A DNA stretch of 64,000 nucleotides from positions 4,099-68,098 of the forward strand of contig JAFGCH010000071.1 in the NCBI GenBank assembly GCA_016932695.1, written 5' to 3'. This document shows positions 35,781-47,025 of this stretch, in pieces (the first letter of the stretch is position 1; the number at the start of each line of letters is the position of its first letter). The notes beneath the pieces were generated by a model. It did no database searches, was not told the origin of the DNA, and saw only the letters and a list, made by a program, of their open reading frames with translations. The position numbers were made by a program, and so were the translations under genes. Source of the stretch: Acidimicrobiia bacterium. GTDB taxonomy: Bacteria; Actinomycetota; Acidimicrobiia; Spongiisociales; UBA11373.

Positions 35781-37300
35781 GCGCCCGGCGCGGCCTCTTG
35801 GGGATTCCCTTCACCCCGAGCGGGGGAAGTCGCGCCGATGTGGGCCGTCTCGCGCAGCGGGTGCTCCGGGAGGGCGACGGCCAGCAGGAACGACACCACG
35901 GCAAAGGGAATGGCCCAGCGGAACACCGTGCTGATGGAGCGGGACACCGCCTCGGCCACCGCCGCCTGCACGTCGGGCGGCAAGGCGCGGATGACGGCCG
36001 GGCTCCCGGTGAGCAGCGCCGGATCGATGGCCTCGGCCCCCGGCGGCAGCAGCCGAGGCAGGTAGTAGGCGAGGCGGCCCGAGAGGATCGCTCCGAACAG
36101 GGCCGCTCCGAACGCTCCTCCCAGGGAGCGGAAGAAGGTGTTGGTGGAGGTGGCGATGCCCAGGTCGCGGTGCTCCACCGAGTTTTGCAGGGCGATGACC
36201 AGCACCTGCATGATCAGGCCGAGGCCCAGGCCCAGCACCACCATGAACAGGGACGACTGCAGCCGGGAGCTGGAGACGTCCATGAGGGAGAGCAGGGCGA
36301 GGCCCAGGCCCACCAGCGCGCTGCCCACCACGGGATAGCGCTTGTAGCGGCCGGTGCGGGTGATCAGCTGGCCCGTGGTAATCGACATGGTGACCACCCC
36401 CGCCGTCAGCGGCAGGAGCAGCAGGCCGGAGTTGGTGGCGCTGGCACCGGTGGCCACCTGCAAGAAGACGGGCAGGAAGATGGTGGCCCCCACCATGGTG
36501 AGGCCGAGGATGAAACCGGCCGCCCCGGTGAGGCTGAAGACCCGATTGCGGAAGAGGCGCAGCGGCAGGATGGGCTCGGCGGCGTGCTGCTCTCGCACCA
36601 CGAAGAGGCCGAGGAGTAGCACCCCGGCCAACCCCAGCGAGACGATGGTGGCCGATGCCCAGGGGTACTGGGTGCCGCCCCAGACCGTCACCAGCAGCAG
36701 GCAGGACACTGCCGCCACCAGCAGGGCCGCCCCCTCGTAGTCGATGCGGTGGGGCCGGCGGACGAAGGGCAGGTTCAGGGCGTAGGAGGTGACCACCAGG
36801 GCGGCGGCGCCGATGGGGAGGTTGATGTAGAAGATCCAGCGCCAGGAGAGGTGGTCGGTGAACAGGCCCCCGAGCAGCGGGCCGGCCACGCTGGCGAAGG
36901 CGAAGACCGCCCCGATGTAGCCCTGGTAGCGGCCCCGTTCACGCGGGGAGAGGATGTCCCCGATGATCGTCAGGGAGAGGGCCATCAGGCCGCCGGCGCC
37001 GAGGCCCTGCACGGCGCGGAAGGCGATCAGTTGCGGCATGTTGCGGGAGAAGCCCGCCAGGGCCGAGCCGATGAGGAAGACGACGATGGCGAACTGGAAC
37101 ACCTGCCGGCGGCCGAGGAGGTCGCTGATCTTGCCGTAGAGCGGGCTGGAGGCAGTGGAGGTGAGCAGGTAGGCGGTGACCACCCAGGAGAGATGGTCCA
37201 GGCCGCCCAGTTCGCCGACGATCGTGGGCAGGGCGGTGGCCACGATCGTCTGGTCGAGGGCGGCCAGGAGGACGCCGGCCATCAGGCCGGAGAACACCAC
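35777..37300 (-). CDS. MFS transporter, DHA2 (14-TMS drug:H+ antiporter) family
   Basis: [19 protein letters not shown]...[22 protein letters not shown] is the DHA2 signature. The only canonical start is GTG at 37300, although the upstream in-frame residues (SHRQVLVV) still look like part of the conserved N-terminus. Confidence 0.8.
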   Translation of the reverse strand: MVFSGLMAGVLLAALDQTIVATALPTIVGELGGLDHLSWVVTAYLLTSTASSPLYGKISDLLGRRQVFQFAIVVFLIGSALAGFSRNMPQLIAFRAVQGLGAGGLMALSLTIIGDILSPRERGRYQGYIGAVFAFASVAGPLLGGLFTDHLSWRWIFYINLPIGAAALVVTSYALNLPFVRRPHRIDYEGAALLVAAVSCLLLVTVWGGTQYPWASATIVSLGLAGVLLLGLFVVREQHAAEPILPLRLFRNRVFSLTGAAGFILGLTMVGATIFLPVFLQVATGASATNSGLLLLPLTAGVVTMSITTGQLITRTGRYKRYPVVGSALVGLGLALLSLMDVSSSRLQSSLFMVVLGLGLGLIMQVLVIALQNSVEHRDLGIATSTNTFFRSLGGAFGAALFGAILSGRLAYYLPRLLPPGAEAIDPALLTGSPAVIRALPPDVQAAVAEAVSRSISTVFRWAIPFAVVSFLLAVALPEHPLRETAHIGATSPARGEGNPQEAAPGA

Positions 37301-37469
37301 CAGGACCTGGCGGTGGCTGAGCTTGGCGGGGGCGCTGGTTTCGCTCGTGAGGTACTCCGGGAGCGGACGCGACGCTAGCCGCCGGTGCGGAATCCCCGGC
37401 CGCGACGGCCGCCCCGAGCCGGACGGCCGGGTAACGTGCCCCCGCTAGCGCGACGGAGGCGTGAGGGGA

Positions 37470-38543
37470 ATGCGCATCAACTTCGCAATGTGGGGCAAAG
37501 CCTCGTGGCAGCTGATCAAGATGGAGGACAAGAGGGAGTGGGAGGCCCTCGACGTCGTCTCCAAGTGGCTCATCGCCACCCGGTCTGCCGTCACCCTGGT
37601 GACGGTGTACACCTGTGTGATTGCCGGCCTTCTCGCCTGGCGCGACGACGTCTTCTCCTGGGTGCCGTTCGTCGTCCTGACGTTGGGGCTCTTCATCGCC
37701 CACGGCACGAACAACCTGTTGAACGACTACACCGATTACCGGCGCGGGGTCGACAAGGACAACTACTTCCGCACCCAGTACGGAGTCCATCCCCTGGTGC
37801 AGGGATTCTGGACCCCCCGAACCCAGCTGAAGTGGTTCGCCGCCAGCGGGGTGCTGGCCGCCGGGGCCGGGGTCTACGCGCTCTTCGCCTCTGACTTCGA
37901 TCCCTGGGTCATCGGCCTGTTCGCCTTCGGGGCGGTGACACTCCTGGCCTACACCTTCCCCTTCAAGTACTGGGGGGTGGGCGAACTGGCCATCTTCCTC
38001 ATCTGGGGCCCGATCCTGGTGGGCGGCGTGTATCTCACTATGGCCCGCGTGGTCGACGGTGATCTGGGCAACTTCTGGTGGGTGGTGCTCGCCGGGGTGC
38101 CCTACGGCCTCGGGGTAGCCAGCATCAACGTCGCCAAGCACATCGACAAACACGACGACGACAAGGCCCGGGGGGTAGGCACCTTCCCGGTTCGGGTGGG
38201 GCCTGCGGTGGCCCGCCGCGTGGATCAGGCGGCCATCGTGCTCGTCTACGCCGTCATCGTGTTCCTGGTGTTCGTGCCTCGCTACTTCACCCCGGTCATG
38301 CTCCTCGTCGCCCTGGCGCTCCCCGACGCCCTGCGGTTCTTCAAGCTGCTGAACCGGCCTCGTCCGGCTGAGCCCCCGGAGGAGTACCCCGCCTGGCCGA
38401 TCTGGTACTCGGGGGCGGCCTTCGTGCACAACCGCCGCTTCGGGGGCTGGCTGATCATCGGCCTGCTGGTGGACACCGTGCTGCAGGTCATCCCGACCAC
38501 CGGCGACTTCATCAGCCGCAACTGGTCCGGATTCTGGGGCTGA
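37470..38543 (+). CDS. UbiA-family prenyltransferase (MenA-like)
   Basis: The Asp-rich motif HGTNNLLNDYTDYRRGVD sits in a membrane protein with many TM segments. It is divergent from the MFS gene. Confidence 0.7.
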   Translation: MRINFAMWGKASWQLIKMEDKREWEALDVVSKWLIATRSAVTLVTVYTCVIAGLLAWRDDVFSWVPFVVLTLGLFIAHGTNNLLNDYTDYRRGVDKDNYFRTQYGVHPLVQGFWTPRTQLKWFAASGVLAAGAGVYALFASDFDPWVIGLFAFGAVTLLAYTFPFKYWGVGELAIFLIWGPILVGGVYLTMARVVDGDLGNFWWVVLAGVPYGLGVASINVAKHIDKHDDDKARGVGTFPVRVGPAVARRVDQAAIVLVYAVIVFLVFVPRYFTPVMLLVALALPDALRFFKLLNRPRPAEPPEEYPAWPIWYSGAAFVHNRRFGGWLIIGLLVDTVLQVIPTTGDFISRNWSGFWG

Positions 38544-38558
38544 GGCTCCGGCCGGCGC

Positions 38559-39740
38559 TCAGAGGCTGAGGCCGGCCCGCCGGTCTCGCTTCGCCCAGTA
38601 TCGGCGCACGAAGGCGGGGCGGCGGTCCTGCAGGACGGGGAGGCGGGCCTCCCAACGGGTGAGGGCCTCGTCTGCTTCCCGGAAAGCCGCCTCCGGCTCG
38701 GGAGGTGAGGCCAGCCAGCGGGCCTCGATCCCGTCCCGCTCGGCGATGAAGGTGGGGAAGGAGGCGGCCGGGTCTTGCATGACCCGGCGGTGGAACCGTT
38801 CGTGCCGCCACCACAGGGTGGCCGGGTCGTACCGGTCGCTCGGCGCCGGACCCAAGTCGAGCGGCGTGGTCACCGACACCGGCTTGAAGGTCCCGGTGCA
38901 GGGAGCCGCGGTGCCCGTCACCCAGTGGCGGGCCCCGGTTGGGGTGAGTTCCGCCACCCAGGAGGCGGTCGTCTGGGAGCCGGTGGCCACGCCCCCGGCG
39001 TGCATGCAGGGGGCGGCCATGGCACCGTTCAGCAGCCGGTAGGTGAGGCCGCCCGGGCCGTGGTCGCGCAGGATCGCCATGAGGTCGGCCGGGCCGGCGG
39101 CGCTGCCGGCTCGGGCCTGAGTCAGGGTTTGGCGGGCCCGGCACGCCGAGACGCGAGTCTTGAGGAAGTCGGAGTGCGCTCCGGCGAAGCCGGGGATGGT
39201 GAGGCCGTTGGAGATGCTGCGGGCTCCGGTGGTGACCCGCTCCACCTCCCAGAGCCTGCCGGCGGTCTCCAAGACGAAAGCCTCCCGCGGGTCGGCCGCC
39301 AGGAAGGAGTTGTGGTAGGTGAAACTGCGCTTCTCGTGACCGCAGCCCCCTCCCTGGCCGTGGCGCTCCAGCAGGTGGGTGACGACCTCGACCGCCTCGG
39401 TGGCGGTGGCGGCACGCTCCAGGGCGAGGCGCAGCAGGTCCATGCCGGTGAGCCCGATGCGGGCGTAGGGCTGATTGGTGAACACCGCCTCGTTCCCGAT
39501 CACCACCCCGTGCTCGTTGGCGCCCATTTCGGCGCCCCACATCCAGAAGGGGCGCGAGAGGAGCACGGCCCAGGTCTCGGGTGCCTGGGGGATCTCGATC
39601 CAGGTGCAGCGCAGGGTGGCTCCGGAGGGGTGGGAGCGGCGCGGATGCCACTCGAGCAGTTGCGCCTCGTTGGGGTCCCGGTCGGAGTTCTTGGCGAAGA
39701 GCACCCGGCCGGGGCTCACCGTCACCATGGTGTCGCACAT
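38559..39740 (-). CDS. Ntn-hydrolase, peptidase C69-like (Cys2 nucleophile)
   Basis: MCDTMVTVSPGRVLFAKNSDRDPNEAQ is an N-terminal Met-Cys nucleophile pattern. It is about 393 aa from the ATG at 39740. The long 5' extension of the listed ORF is spurious. Confidence 0.65.
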   Translation of the reverse strand: MCDTMVTVSPGRVLFAKNSDRDPNEAQLLEWHPRRSHPSGATLRCTWIEIPQAPETWAVLLSRPFWMWGAEMGANEHGVVIGNEAVFTNQPYARIGLTGMDLLRLALERAATATEAVEVVTHLLERHGQGGGCGHEKRSFTYHNSFLAADPREAFVLETAGRLWEVERVTTGARSISNGLTIPGFAGAHSDFLKTRVSACRARQTLTQARAGSAAGPADLMAILRDHGPGGLTYRLLNGAMAAPCMHAGGVATGSQTTASWVAELTPTGARHWVTGTAAPCTGTFKPVSVTTPLDLGPAPSDRYDPATLWWRHERFHRRVMQDPAASFPTFIAERDGIEARWLASPPEPEAAFREADEALTRWEARLPVLQDRRPAFVRRYWAKRDRRAGLSL

Positions 39741-39827
39741 GTGCCGGAGGTTACGCCCGGAGCGGGAAGCGGGCACGAGGAGAGGAGGTGTGGCAGTCTG
39801 GGGAAGTCCCGCCCGAGGAGGAGACCA

Positions 39828-40559
39828 ATGACCCGCCTGCCGGCGCTGGTGGTCGGCCTTGCGTTGCTGTTCGTCACCGGCTGTGGAGATGACGACGGCG
39901 GCCTCGCGACGGTTGGACCCACCTCGACTCTCCCCGACCTGGAGTGCCCCGAGGCGAGACCGGTAATCGATTCCCAGGACCTGATCGACGAACTCGCTCT
40001 CCTCACTTGGGAGGGGTGGGGTCCCTACTCCTCGGGGGTGAAGCCGGTCACCGCCGACCTGGTGATCACAGGGACCGTGGCGTTGAACGCCTCGGCTTTG
40101 CCCGTGCCCGAGAACTGCCTGAGCCGCCCCGACTGCTCGCCCCAGGCCGGGCTGGTCCTGCATCCGGGGGTCGCGGGGGCGGTGGGGGAAGGCGACGCCT
40201 ATATCGAGTGCGCCGATTCCTACGCTCGCATCGTCCTCACCGACACCACGGTGCGGCTCCGGCCCTACCTGCGCGACACCCATCCTTGCGCTTTCAACTA
40301 CGTGCCCATGGTGGAGGTATTGCCTCCCTGCGGCACCCCCTGCAGCGAAGGGCAGGGCCTCTGCCCCGTGGACGGCGTGTGCTACTCGCTGGGGGATGCC
40401 TTCTGCCGTTTGTGTGAGGGAGGCACCAAGGAGGAGTGCGCTTGCCGCGGGCCGGAGGGGCCTTTGGAGGAGGGCGCTCCCTGTTCCTACTGGCAGTCGG
40501 GCGATATGAAGTGCGAGGGTCGCTGCCGCTCCGGGGCCTGCGACACGCCCTGCGAATGA
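39828..40559 (+). CDS. cysteine-rich secreted lipoprotein of unknown function
   Basis: MTRLPALVVGLALLFVTGC is a lipobox. The protein is 243 aa with about 22 Cys, concentrated in the C-terminal 90 aa (CGTPCSEGQGLCPVDGVCYSLGDAFCRLCEGGTKEECACRGP...CEGRCRSGACDTPCE). It ends 43 bp upstream of the GH13 gene. Confidence 0.6.
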   Translation: MTRLPALVVGLALLFVTGCGDDDGGLATVGPTSTLPDLECPEARPVIDSQDLIDELALLTWEGWGPYSSGVKPVTADLVITGTVALNASALPVPENCLSRPDCSPQAGLVLHPGVAGAVGEGDAYIECADSYARIVLTDTTVRLRPYLRDTHPCAFNYVPMVEVLPPCGTPCSEGQGLCPVDGVCYSLGDAFCRLCEGGTKEECACRGPEGPLEEGAPCSYWQSGDMKCEGRCRSGACDTPCE

Positions 40560-40602
40560 CCGTTCGCGCCCCGGTACCATCTGCCGCCCGAACCGAGAGG
40601 CC

Positions 40603-42489
40603 ATGGCCCGCCCCTACTTCCCCGACGGCCGTTACTTCGGCGAGGAAGCCTGCCTGTTCCCCGCCGACCTGCACTACGACCCGAACGACCGGGCCTGCTG
40701 TGACCCGCAGTCCGACGGCAGCGTCCTGTTCCGCCTGCGCGCCGAAGTCGGCTTCGCGGAGGCGGTGCTCGTCCTCGACGACGGCACCGGGATCCCCATG
40801 GATCGCTGGGCTTGCACAGCCCGCTTCGACTTTTTCCGGGGCATCGTGCCGGCGGGCCGGCGCCGCTTCTCCTATACGTTCGCCCTGAGGCGCCCCGACG
40901 GGAGGGCCGTCTACCTGGTGCCCGCCGGCGTCGGCAACGCCGTGGAGCGCCTCGACCGCTGGGCGCTCGACCTGGACGATGTGGCGCCTCTCGCGGTGCC
41001 CGATTGGGCCCGAGGGGCAGTTATCTACCAGATATTCCCTGAGCGCTTTCGCAACGGCGACCCGGCTCTCACGCCGCCGGGAGCCGACCCCTGGGGTAGC
41101 GAGCCGCACTGGCTGCGCTTCCAAGGCGGCGACCTCGCCGGCATCGCCGAACAGGCCGACTACTTGGCGGACCTGGGGGTGGACGTCGTGTACCTGAACC
41201 CGGTGTTCGCCTCACCCTCCACTCATCGCTACGACGTCGCGGACTTCTACTCAGTCGATCCGGCGCTGGGGGGCAACGCCGCTCTGGGGCGCCTGGTGGC
41301 CGCGTTGCACGACAGGGGGATGCGCCTGATCCTGGACGCCTCGTTCAACCACTGCCACCCGCGCTTCTTCGCCTTTGCCGATGTGCTGGCTCGGGGGCTT
41401 GACTCGCCCTATGCCGGCTGGTTCGCCCTGAACGGAGAACGGCCCCGGGTCAAGGTGCGGCCCCACCTGCTGACCCCCGAACTGGAGCCGGCCTGGGGGG
41501 CTTACCTGCGTCGGGTGCTGGAGGGCTTGGAGGCGGAGTCGGGGGTGGCGGTCGAGGTGGCGGGCGGCGCCGGCATGCTCGTAGAACCCACCTACGAGGC
41601 TTGGTACGGGGTGCCCACCATGCCGCGGATCGACCTGACTCACCCCGAGGCGCGCCGCTACTTCCTGGAAGTCGGCGCCTTCTGGCTGCGCGAGTACGGT
41701 ATCGATGGGTGGCGCATGGATGTGGCCCGCTATGTGGACCCGGGCTTCTGGCCGGACTTCCGCCGATCCTGCCGGCGGGCGAACCCCGACTGCTACCTGC
41801 TCGCCGAGATAATGGGGGATGCGACCCCCTGGCTCCAAGGGGATCGCTTCGATGCCACGATGAACTACACGTTCCGGGACCTTTGCGCGAGCTACTTCGC
41901 CGCTCACGGGTTGGGGACGGCCGAGTTCTTGGACGGGTTCACCCGGATGCTGGCGCAGTACGCCCCAGCGGTCACCGAAGCCAATCAGAACCTGCTGTCC
42001 AGCCACGACACGGAGCGCTTCCTGCACGTGGCCGGGGGGGACCGGCGCCGGGTGGTGCCGGCGTTCCTGTTTCAACTAACCGCCCCGGGCGCCCCGGGGA
42101 TCTACTACGGGGATGAGGTGGGGATGAGCGGGGGCAAGGAGCCGGCCTCGCGCGGCGCTTTCCCCTGGCACGAGCCGGGTGCCTGGGACCTCGGCCTCCA
42201 GCAGATGGTGCGGTCCCTGGCCGGCTTGCGGCGGGCGCATCCGGCACTGCGGCGGGGCGATTGGCGGCTGCGCTGGCAGGGCGAGGAGACCTTCGCCTTC
42301 TCCCGGGTGCTCGGCGAGGAAGAGGTCGTGGTGCTGGTCAACCGCGGGCCGGCACTGGCTCGGGTGGCGGTCCCGGTGGCGGGGGGGAACGCCCGGCTGT
42401 TGTGGGGCGAAGGGCGAGCCCGCCTCGAGGGGGCAAGCCTGGTGCTCGAGGAGGTGCCGGCCGGGAGCGGGATGGTGGTGGCGCTGTAG
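40603..42489 (+). CDS. GH13 alpha-amylase family enzyme (neopullulanase/cyclomaltodextrinase-like)
   Basis: The GH13 regions are present: DVVYLNPVF, GMRLILDASFNH, GIDGWRMDVA, LAEIMG and LLSSHDTERF. There is an N-terminal accessory domain. Confidence 0.85.
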   Translation: MARPYFPDGRYFGEEACLFPADLHYDPNDRACCDPQSDGSVLFRLRAEVGFAEAVLVLDDGTGIPMDRWACTARFDFFRGIVPAGRRRFSYTFALRRPDGRAVYLVPAGVGNAVERLDRWALDLDDVAPLAVPDWARGAVIYQIFPERFRNGDPALTPPGADPWGSEPHWLRFQGGDLAGIAEQADYLADLGVDVVYLNPVFASPSTHRYDVADFYSVDPALGGNAALGRLVAALHDRGMRLILDASFNHCHPRFFAFADVLARGLDSPYAGWFALNGERPRVKVRPHLLTPELEPAWGAYLRRVLEGLEAESGVAVEVAGGAGMLVEPTYEAWYGVPTMPRIDLTHPEARRYFLEVGAFWLREYGIDGWRMDVARYVDPGFWPDFRRSCRRANPDCYLLAEIMGDATPWLQGDRFDATMNYTFRDLCASYFAAHGLGTAEFLDGFTRMLAQYAPAVTEANQNLLSSHDTERFLHVAGGDRRRVVPAFLFQLTAPGAPGIYYGDEVGMSGGKEPASRGAFPWHEPGAWDLGLQQMVRSLAGLRRAHPALRRGDWRLRWQGEETFAFSRVLGEEEVVVLVNRGPALARVAVPVAGGNARLLWGEGRARLEGASLVLEEVPAGSGMVVAL

Positions 42490-42547
42490 CCGGGCAACCG
42501 GCTCGGCCGGTCGGAAGTAGTCTCGGGCGGGCCGCCGAGGAGGGGCC

Positions 42548-45260
42548 TTGGGATCCAGCACACGCGGGCGGGGGAAGGCTGCCGGCTCGAACCGGAGCGC
42601 AGGCGCCACCGACGGCGCCGGATCGCCGCTGATCGCCACGAAGTACCGGGTGCCGGTGCGCCGGCCGGCCGCAGTGGAGCGAGAGAGGCTTCTGGACGCT
42701 TTGGACGAGGCCGCCTGCCTTCCGCTCACTCTGGTGTGCGCTCCGCCGGGCTTCGGGAAGAGCACCCTGCTGAGCGAGTGGGCGGGAAGGCGCGGGGCGA
42801 CCGTCGCCTGGGTGTCCCTGGATACCGGTGACTCCGACGTGGCGCGCTTCGCCGCCTATCTGATGGCGGCTCTGGCGGAGGTCCTGCCCGGCGGCTGCCC
42901 CGTCGACGGCGCCCTTCGTGGGGGCGCTTCCTCAAGGTGGAATCGAGGCGCTTCTCACCTCGGTGGTCAACGAAGCCGCGGCTGCCGAATCGAGCATCTT
43001 CATCGTGCTCGACGACTATCACCTGATCGAGTCTCCCCAGGTGCATCGGGCGATGGAATTCCTGGTAGAGCACCTCCCGGCGACGCTGCACCTTGTCCTC
43101 TCCTCGCGGTCGGATCCCCCGCTTCCTCTGGCGCGCTGGCGAGCCCGGAGCCGGCTGGCCGAGTTGGGCCCGGCGGCCCTGCGGTTCACCACCGGCGAAG
43201 GAGCGGAGTTCCTCCGCCGCACTATGGGGCTGGTGGTGAGGGATGAAACGGCGGCAGCCCTGACCGAGACCACCGAAGGTTGGGCGGCAGGTCTGCAGAT
43301 GGCAGCCCTGGCTCTGCGGGGGCGCGCCGACCCGGATGGATTTATCCGGGAGTTCACCGGCAGCCACCGCTACGTCGTCGACTACCTCGTCGAGGAGGTG
43401 CTCGCCGGACAACCGCCACCGATGCGCCAATTCCTCCTGCAGACTTCGATTCTTGAGCGGCTGTGCGGCCCGCTTTGTGATGCGGTCACGGGAGGTAGCG
43501 ATGGCGCAGCCGCTCTCGCTGCTCTGAACCGGGGGGCGGTGTTCCTCGAGGCATTGGATGAAGGCGGGCAGTGGTACCGGTACCACCGGCTGTTCGCCGA
43601 CCTGCTCAGGCACTTCCTGGCGGCGGAACACCCCGGCATGGAGGTTGAGTTGCACCGGCGGGCCGGCGTCTGGTGTCGAGAGCACGGGCTTTCCCAAGCG
43701 GCAGTGGGGCACTTCATGGCTGCGGGCGATTGGCGAGTCGCCGCCGATCTGGTCGACGCGATGGCCGAAGCCGTCCTGTCGGATGGTGAGTTTGCCTCGC
43801 TGGCCGCTTGGGTGGAAGCACTCCCTTGTGAAGAAGTGGAAGCCCGGCCGGGGCTGCGCGCGCTCTACGCCGCGGCGCTCTTCTACACCGGTCGCCCCGT
43901 CGAGCAGGTGGAGGGGGTGCTCGCCGAGGTCGAGGCGTCCGGGGTCGCACCGGAGGCGCAGGGCACGGCCGCCGCCCTGCGAGCCGTCATGGCGGTGCTA
44001 CGCGGCCAGGGGGAGCGCAGCCGGGAGTATGCCCAACGGGCCTTGGATCTCCTGCCTCCCGAGCGTTCCCTGCTGCGGGTGCTGGCCGGAGCCAGTCTGG
44101 GCTTGGCCGCTCTCCACGACGGTGACCCCAGTCTCGCCGAGGGCGCTTTCGGCGAGATGCGGCGCGCCGCCGAGGCGGCCGGCAGCCTGGTGTTTTGGGC
44201 CATGGCGGTGCGGCGGCTCGGTGGCGTCGCAGCCTTGCGCGGCGACCTCACCGAAGCCGAAGTCCTCTTCCGGCAGATCGTGGAGTTCGCCGGGGAGAGG
44301 GCGGGGCGCCGGCATCCCCTGGCGGGTCTCGGCTTGACCGGCCTCGGCCAGGTGTTGTGGGAGCGGAATGAGCTGGCCGAGGCGGAGGCCTGTCTGCGCG
44401 AAGGCATCACCCTCTCTCGCCGGTTGGGGCCGCCTTTCGTTCTCGACGGGCTCGTCGTTCTGAGCAGAGTGCTGGCGGCGCAGGGGGACTTTCGCGCCGC
44501 TGCCGCCACTCTGGGAGAAGCGGCCATGATGGCGGAGGAGTTCGACGTCACCGACACCGACGACGCTTACGTGGCCACCCTGACAGCGCGCCTGCACTTG
44601 GCGGAGGGGGATCTGGTCGGAGCGGGCCGCTGGGCTCAGGGGCAGGGCATCGACTCGGCTGAACCGGGGTCCCTGAGCAAGGGCTTCTACCCGGGCGAGG
44701 CCGAGATGACCACGCTGGCGCGTCTGTTCCTCCGCACCCATCGGCCCGAGAGAGCCTTGGTGTTGCTGGAACGGCTCCTGCCCCGGGCGGAGGAGCAGGG
44801 CCGGCTGGGGAGCATCATCGAGTTGGAGATGCTGCGCTCTCTGGCCCTCGATGGGGGCGGAGCCCCCCGGCCCGCTATGGCGGCTCTCGCGCGGGCCGTC
44901 GCCTTGGCGGCGGTCCATGGTCATCTCCGGGTCTTCCTCGATGAGGGTGAGCCGCTGACTGCACTGCTGAGGCGAGGAGTGGGGGAAGGGGTTCTGCCTT
45001 CATACGCCAAGACGGTGCTGGCCGCCTCCGGCTCCTCTCCCCCCCGGCGCGTGGTCCCTGGGTTGAGCGACCCCCTTACCGAGCGGGAGCGCCGTGTGCT
45101 CCGGTTCCTCGCCGGCACACTCACCGTGCCGGAGATGGCCCGGGAGCTGTATGTGGCGCCGAGCACGGTGCGGTCCCATCTCAAGTCGATCTATCGCAAG
45201 CTGGGCGTCCACAGGCGCGCCGCAGCGGTGGAGCGATCCCGGGATTTGGGCCTGCTCTGA
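42548..45260 (+). CDS. LAL-type (MalT-like) LuxR family regulator, apparently frameshifted near 42900
   Basis: ORF 42548.. has the N-terminal Walker A (LVCAPPGFGKSTLLSEW...VAWVSLD). ORF 42918..45260, in the +2 frame, continues with PFVGALPQGGIEALLTSVVN...IFIVLDDYHLI, TPR-like repeats and a C-terminal LuxR HTH (LTERERRVLRFLAGTLTVPEMARELYVAPSTVRSHLKSIYRKLGV). Confidence 0.7.
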
Positions 45261-45379
45261 GCTGGGCCAACGGGCCGCAAATCCCCCGACTGGGGGAGGC
45301 GGCCTCCCCCAATCCGGTGGTCTCTTCGGGGGGTTGTGGGCCGCCGCGAAGGGCGGGTCCCCGATCTCGGGAGACTGCA

Positions 45380-46954
45380 ATGACCGTGGAGAGCTGTGCC
45401 GGAACCTACCAGCGGCGCTGGTGGACGCTGGGGGTGCTGTCGCTGGCCCTGATCGCCGTGAGCCTGGACAACATGGTCCTGAATGTGGCCCTGCCCACCA
45501 TCCAGGCAGAACTGGGAGCCTCAGCATCCGAGCTCATCTGGATGGTGGACGCCTACATCGTGGTCTTTGCCAGCCTCCTCCTCGTCATGGGCTTTCTGGG
45601 GGATCGCTTCGGCAGGGCTCTCGCCATGCGGGTAGGCCTGGTGATCTTCGGAGGGGCCAGCCTGGCGGCGGCCTATGCCGGTACCGCGACCGAGTTGATC
45701 GCCTGGCGGGCGTTGATGGGCGTTGGCTCGGCGTTGATCGCCACCGCCTCGTTGTCCATGGTCACCGCCATCTTCCCGCGCGAGGAGCGGGGCCGGGCCA
45801 TCGGTATCTGGGCGGGGGTCAACGCCCTGGGTATCGGGGCAGGTCCCGTGATAGGTGGGGTGATGCTGGAGCACTTCTGGTGGGGTTCGGTCTTCCTCCT
45901 CAACGTGCCGGTCGTCCTGGTAGCTCTCGCCGTGGGGATCCTGCTGCTCCCCGAGAGCCGGGACCCCGAGCGTCGCCCTCTGGACCTCCCCGGGTTCGTC
46001 CTGTCCACCGCCGTGGTATCGACCCTGGTGTATGCCCTGATCGAGGCTCCCAACCGAGGTTGGGGGAATCCCCTGGTATTGGGGGCCTTCGCCGCCGCGC
46101 TCGTGCTGGGTGGCGGGTTTGCCTGGTGGGAGCGGCGCATCCCTCACCCCCTGGTCGAATTCGGGTTCTTCCGTCGGCGCCGGTTCAGCATCGGGGTGAC
46201 TGCGGTGGGACTGGCGTCCTTTGCCCTGTTCGGAACCCTCTTCGCCTTCACCCAGTTCCTGCAGTTCGTGCAGGGCTACGGCCCGTTGGAGGCCGGGGTG
46301 CGCCTCATCCCCATCTCCCTGGGTGTGATGGTCGGCGCCGGGGGGGCGGACCGTCTCGCCAGGCGGTACGGCACCCAGCGTGTCGTCGCCGCCGGGTTGG
46401 CGCTGCTCGGGGTGCTGTTGGCCTCCTTCCTCGCCTGGGGTCCGAGCACCGACTACTGGGTGGTGGGAGCGACCTTCTTCGCCATGGCTTACGCCATGGG
46501 ATGCGTGATGGCCCCGGCAACAGATGCGGTCATGGGGGCGGTTCCTCAGGAGCGGGCCGGGGTCGCTACCGCCATGAACACGGTGAGTCGTATGGTGGCA
46601 GGTGCCCTGGGAGCCGCGGTTACCGGGTCGGTGCTGTTCACCATCTACGGCAGCAGGGTGGCCGCAGCGACGGTCGGCCTTCCGGCCGACCTGGCGGCCG
46701 CGGCCCGCGATTCCGTGGGTGCGGCGATGCAGGTAGCCGCCGCGCTCCCCCCCGAAGCGGGCCGGGTTTTGGGCATTGCCGCCGGTGAGGCCTTTGTCGA
46801 CGCCGTCGGGCTGGCTTCTCTGGTGGGCAGCGCCATCGCCCTGCTCGGGTCGGCTCTGGTGGGGCGCCTGATGCCCGCCCGACACCAGGTGCTGGAAGAG
46901 GGAACGGGGTCGGAGCCCGCGGTGCTCGGGGGCGGGGCAGCCCGCGACGGCTGA
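45380..46954 (+). CDS. MFS transporter, DHA2 family
   Basis: WWTLGVLSLALIAVSLDNMVLNVALPTIQAELGAS is the DHA2 motif A region. It has 14 predicted TMS. Confidence 0.85.
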   Translation: MTVESCAGTYQRRWWTLGVLSLALIAVSLDNMVLNVALPTIQAELGASASELIWMVDAYIVVFASLLLVMGFLGDRFGRALAMRVGLVIFGGASLAAAYAGTATELIAWRALMGVGSALIATASLSMVTAIFPREERGRAIGIWAGVNALGIGAGPVIGGVMLEHFWWGSVFLLNVPVVLVALAVGILLLPESRDPERRPLDLPGFVLSTAVVSTLVYALIEAPNRGWGNPLVLGAFAAALVLGGGFAWWERRIPHPLVEFGFFRRRRFSIGVTAVGLASFALFGTLFAFTQFLQFVQGYGPLEAGVRLIPISLGVMVGAGGADRLARRYGTQRVVAAGLALLGVLLASFLAWGPSTDYWVVGATFFAMAYAMGCVMAPATDAVMGAVPQERAGVATAMNTVSRMVAGALGAAVTGSVLFTIYGSRVAAATVGLPADLAAAARDSVGAAMQVAAALPPEAGRVLGIAAGEAFVDAVGLASLVGSAIALLGSALVGRLMPARHQVLEEGTGSEPAVLGGGAARDG

Positions 46955-47025
46955 CGGGTCACCGGGCGGGGGTAGGCCCGGAACAAACTCGGCGTCGGCC
47001 TCCGCGATGCGCCATCCTTAGGGGC

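Noticed and set aside
35777-37477. Possible missing N-terminus of the DHA2 MFS gene; the in-frame upstream residues SHRQVLVV look like conserved N-terminal sequence
   Set aside because: No ATG, GTG or TTG exists in frame between the stop at 37477 and the GTG at 37300. A non-canonical (CTG) start or a base error is possible, but I cannot show either from sequence alone, so I kept the GTG at 37300.
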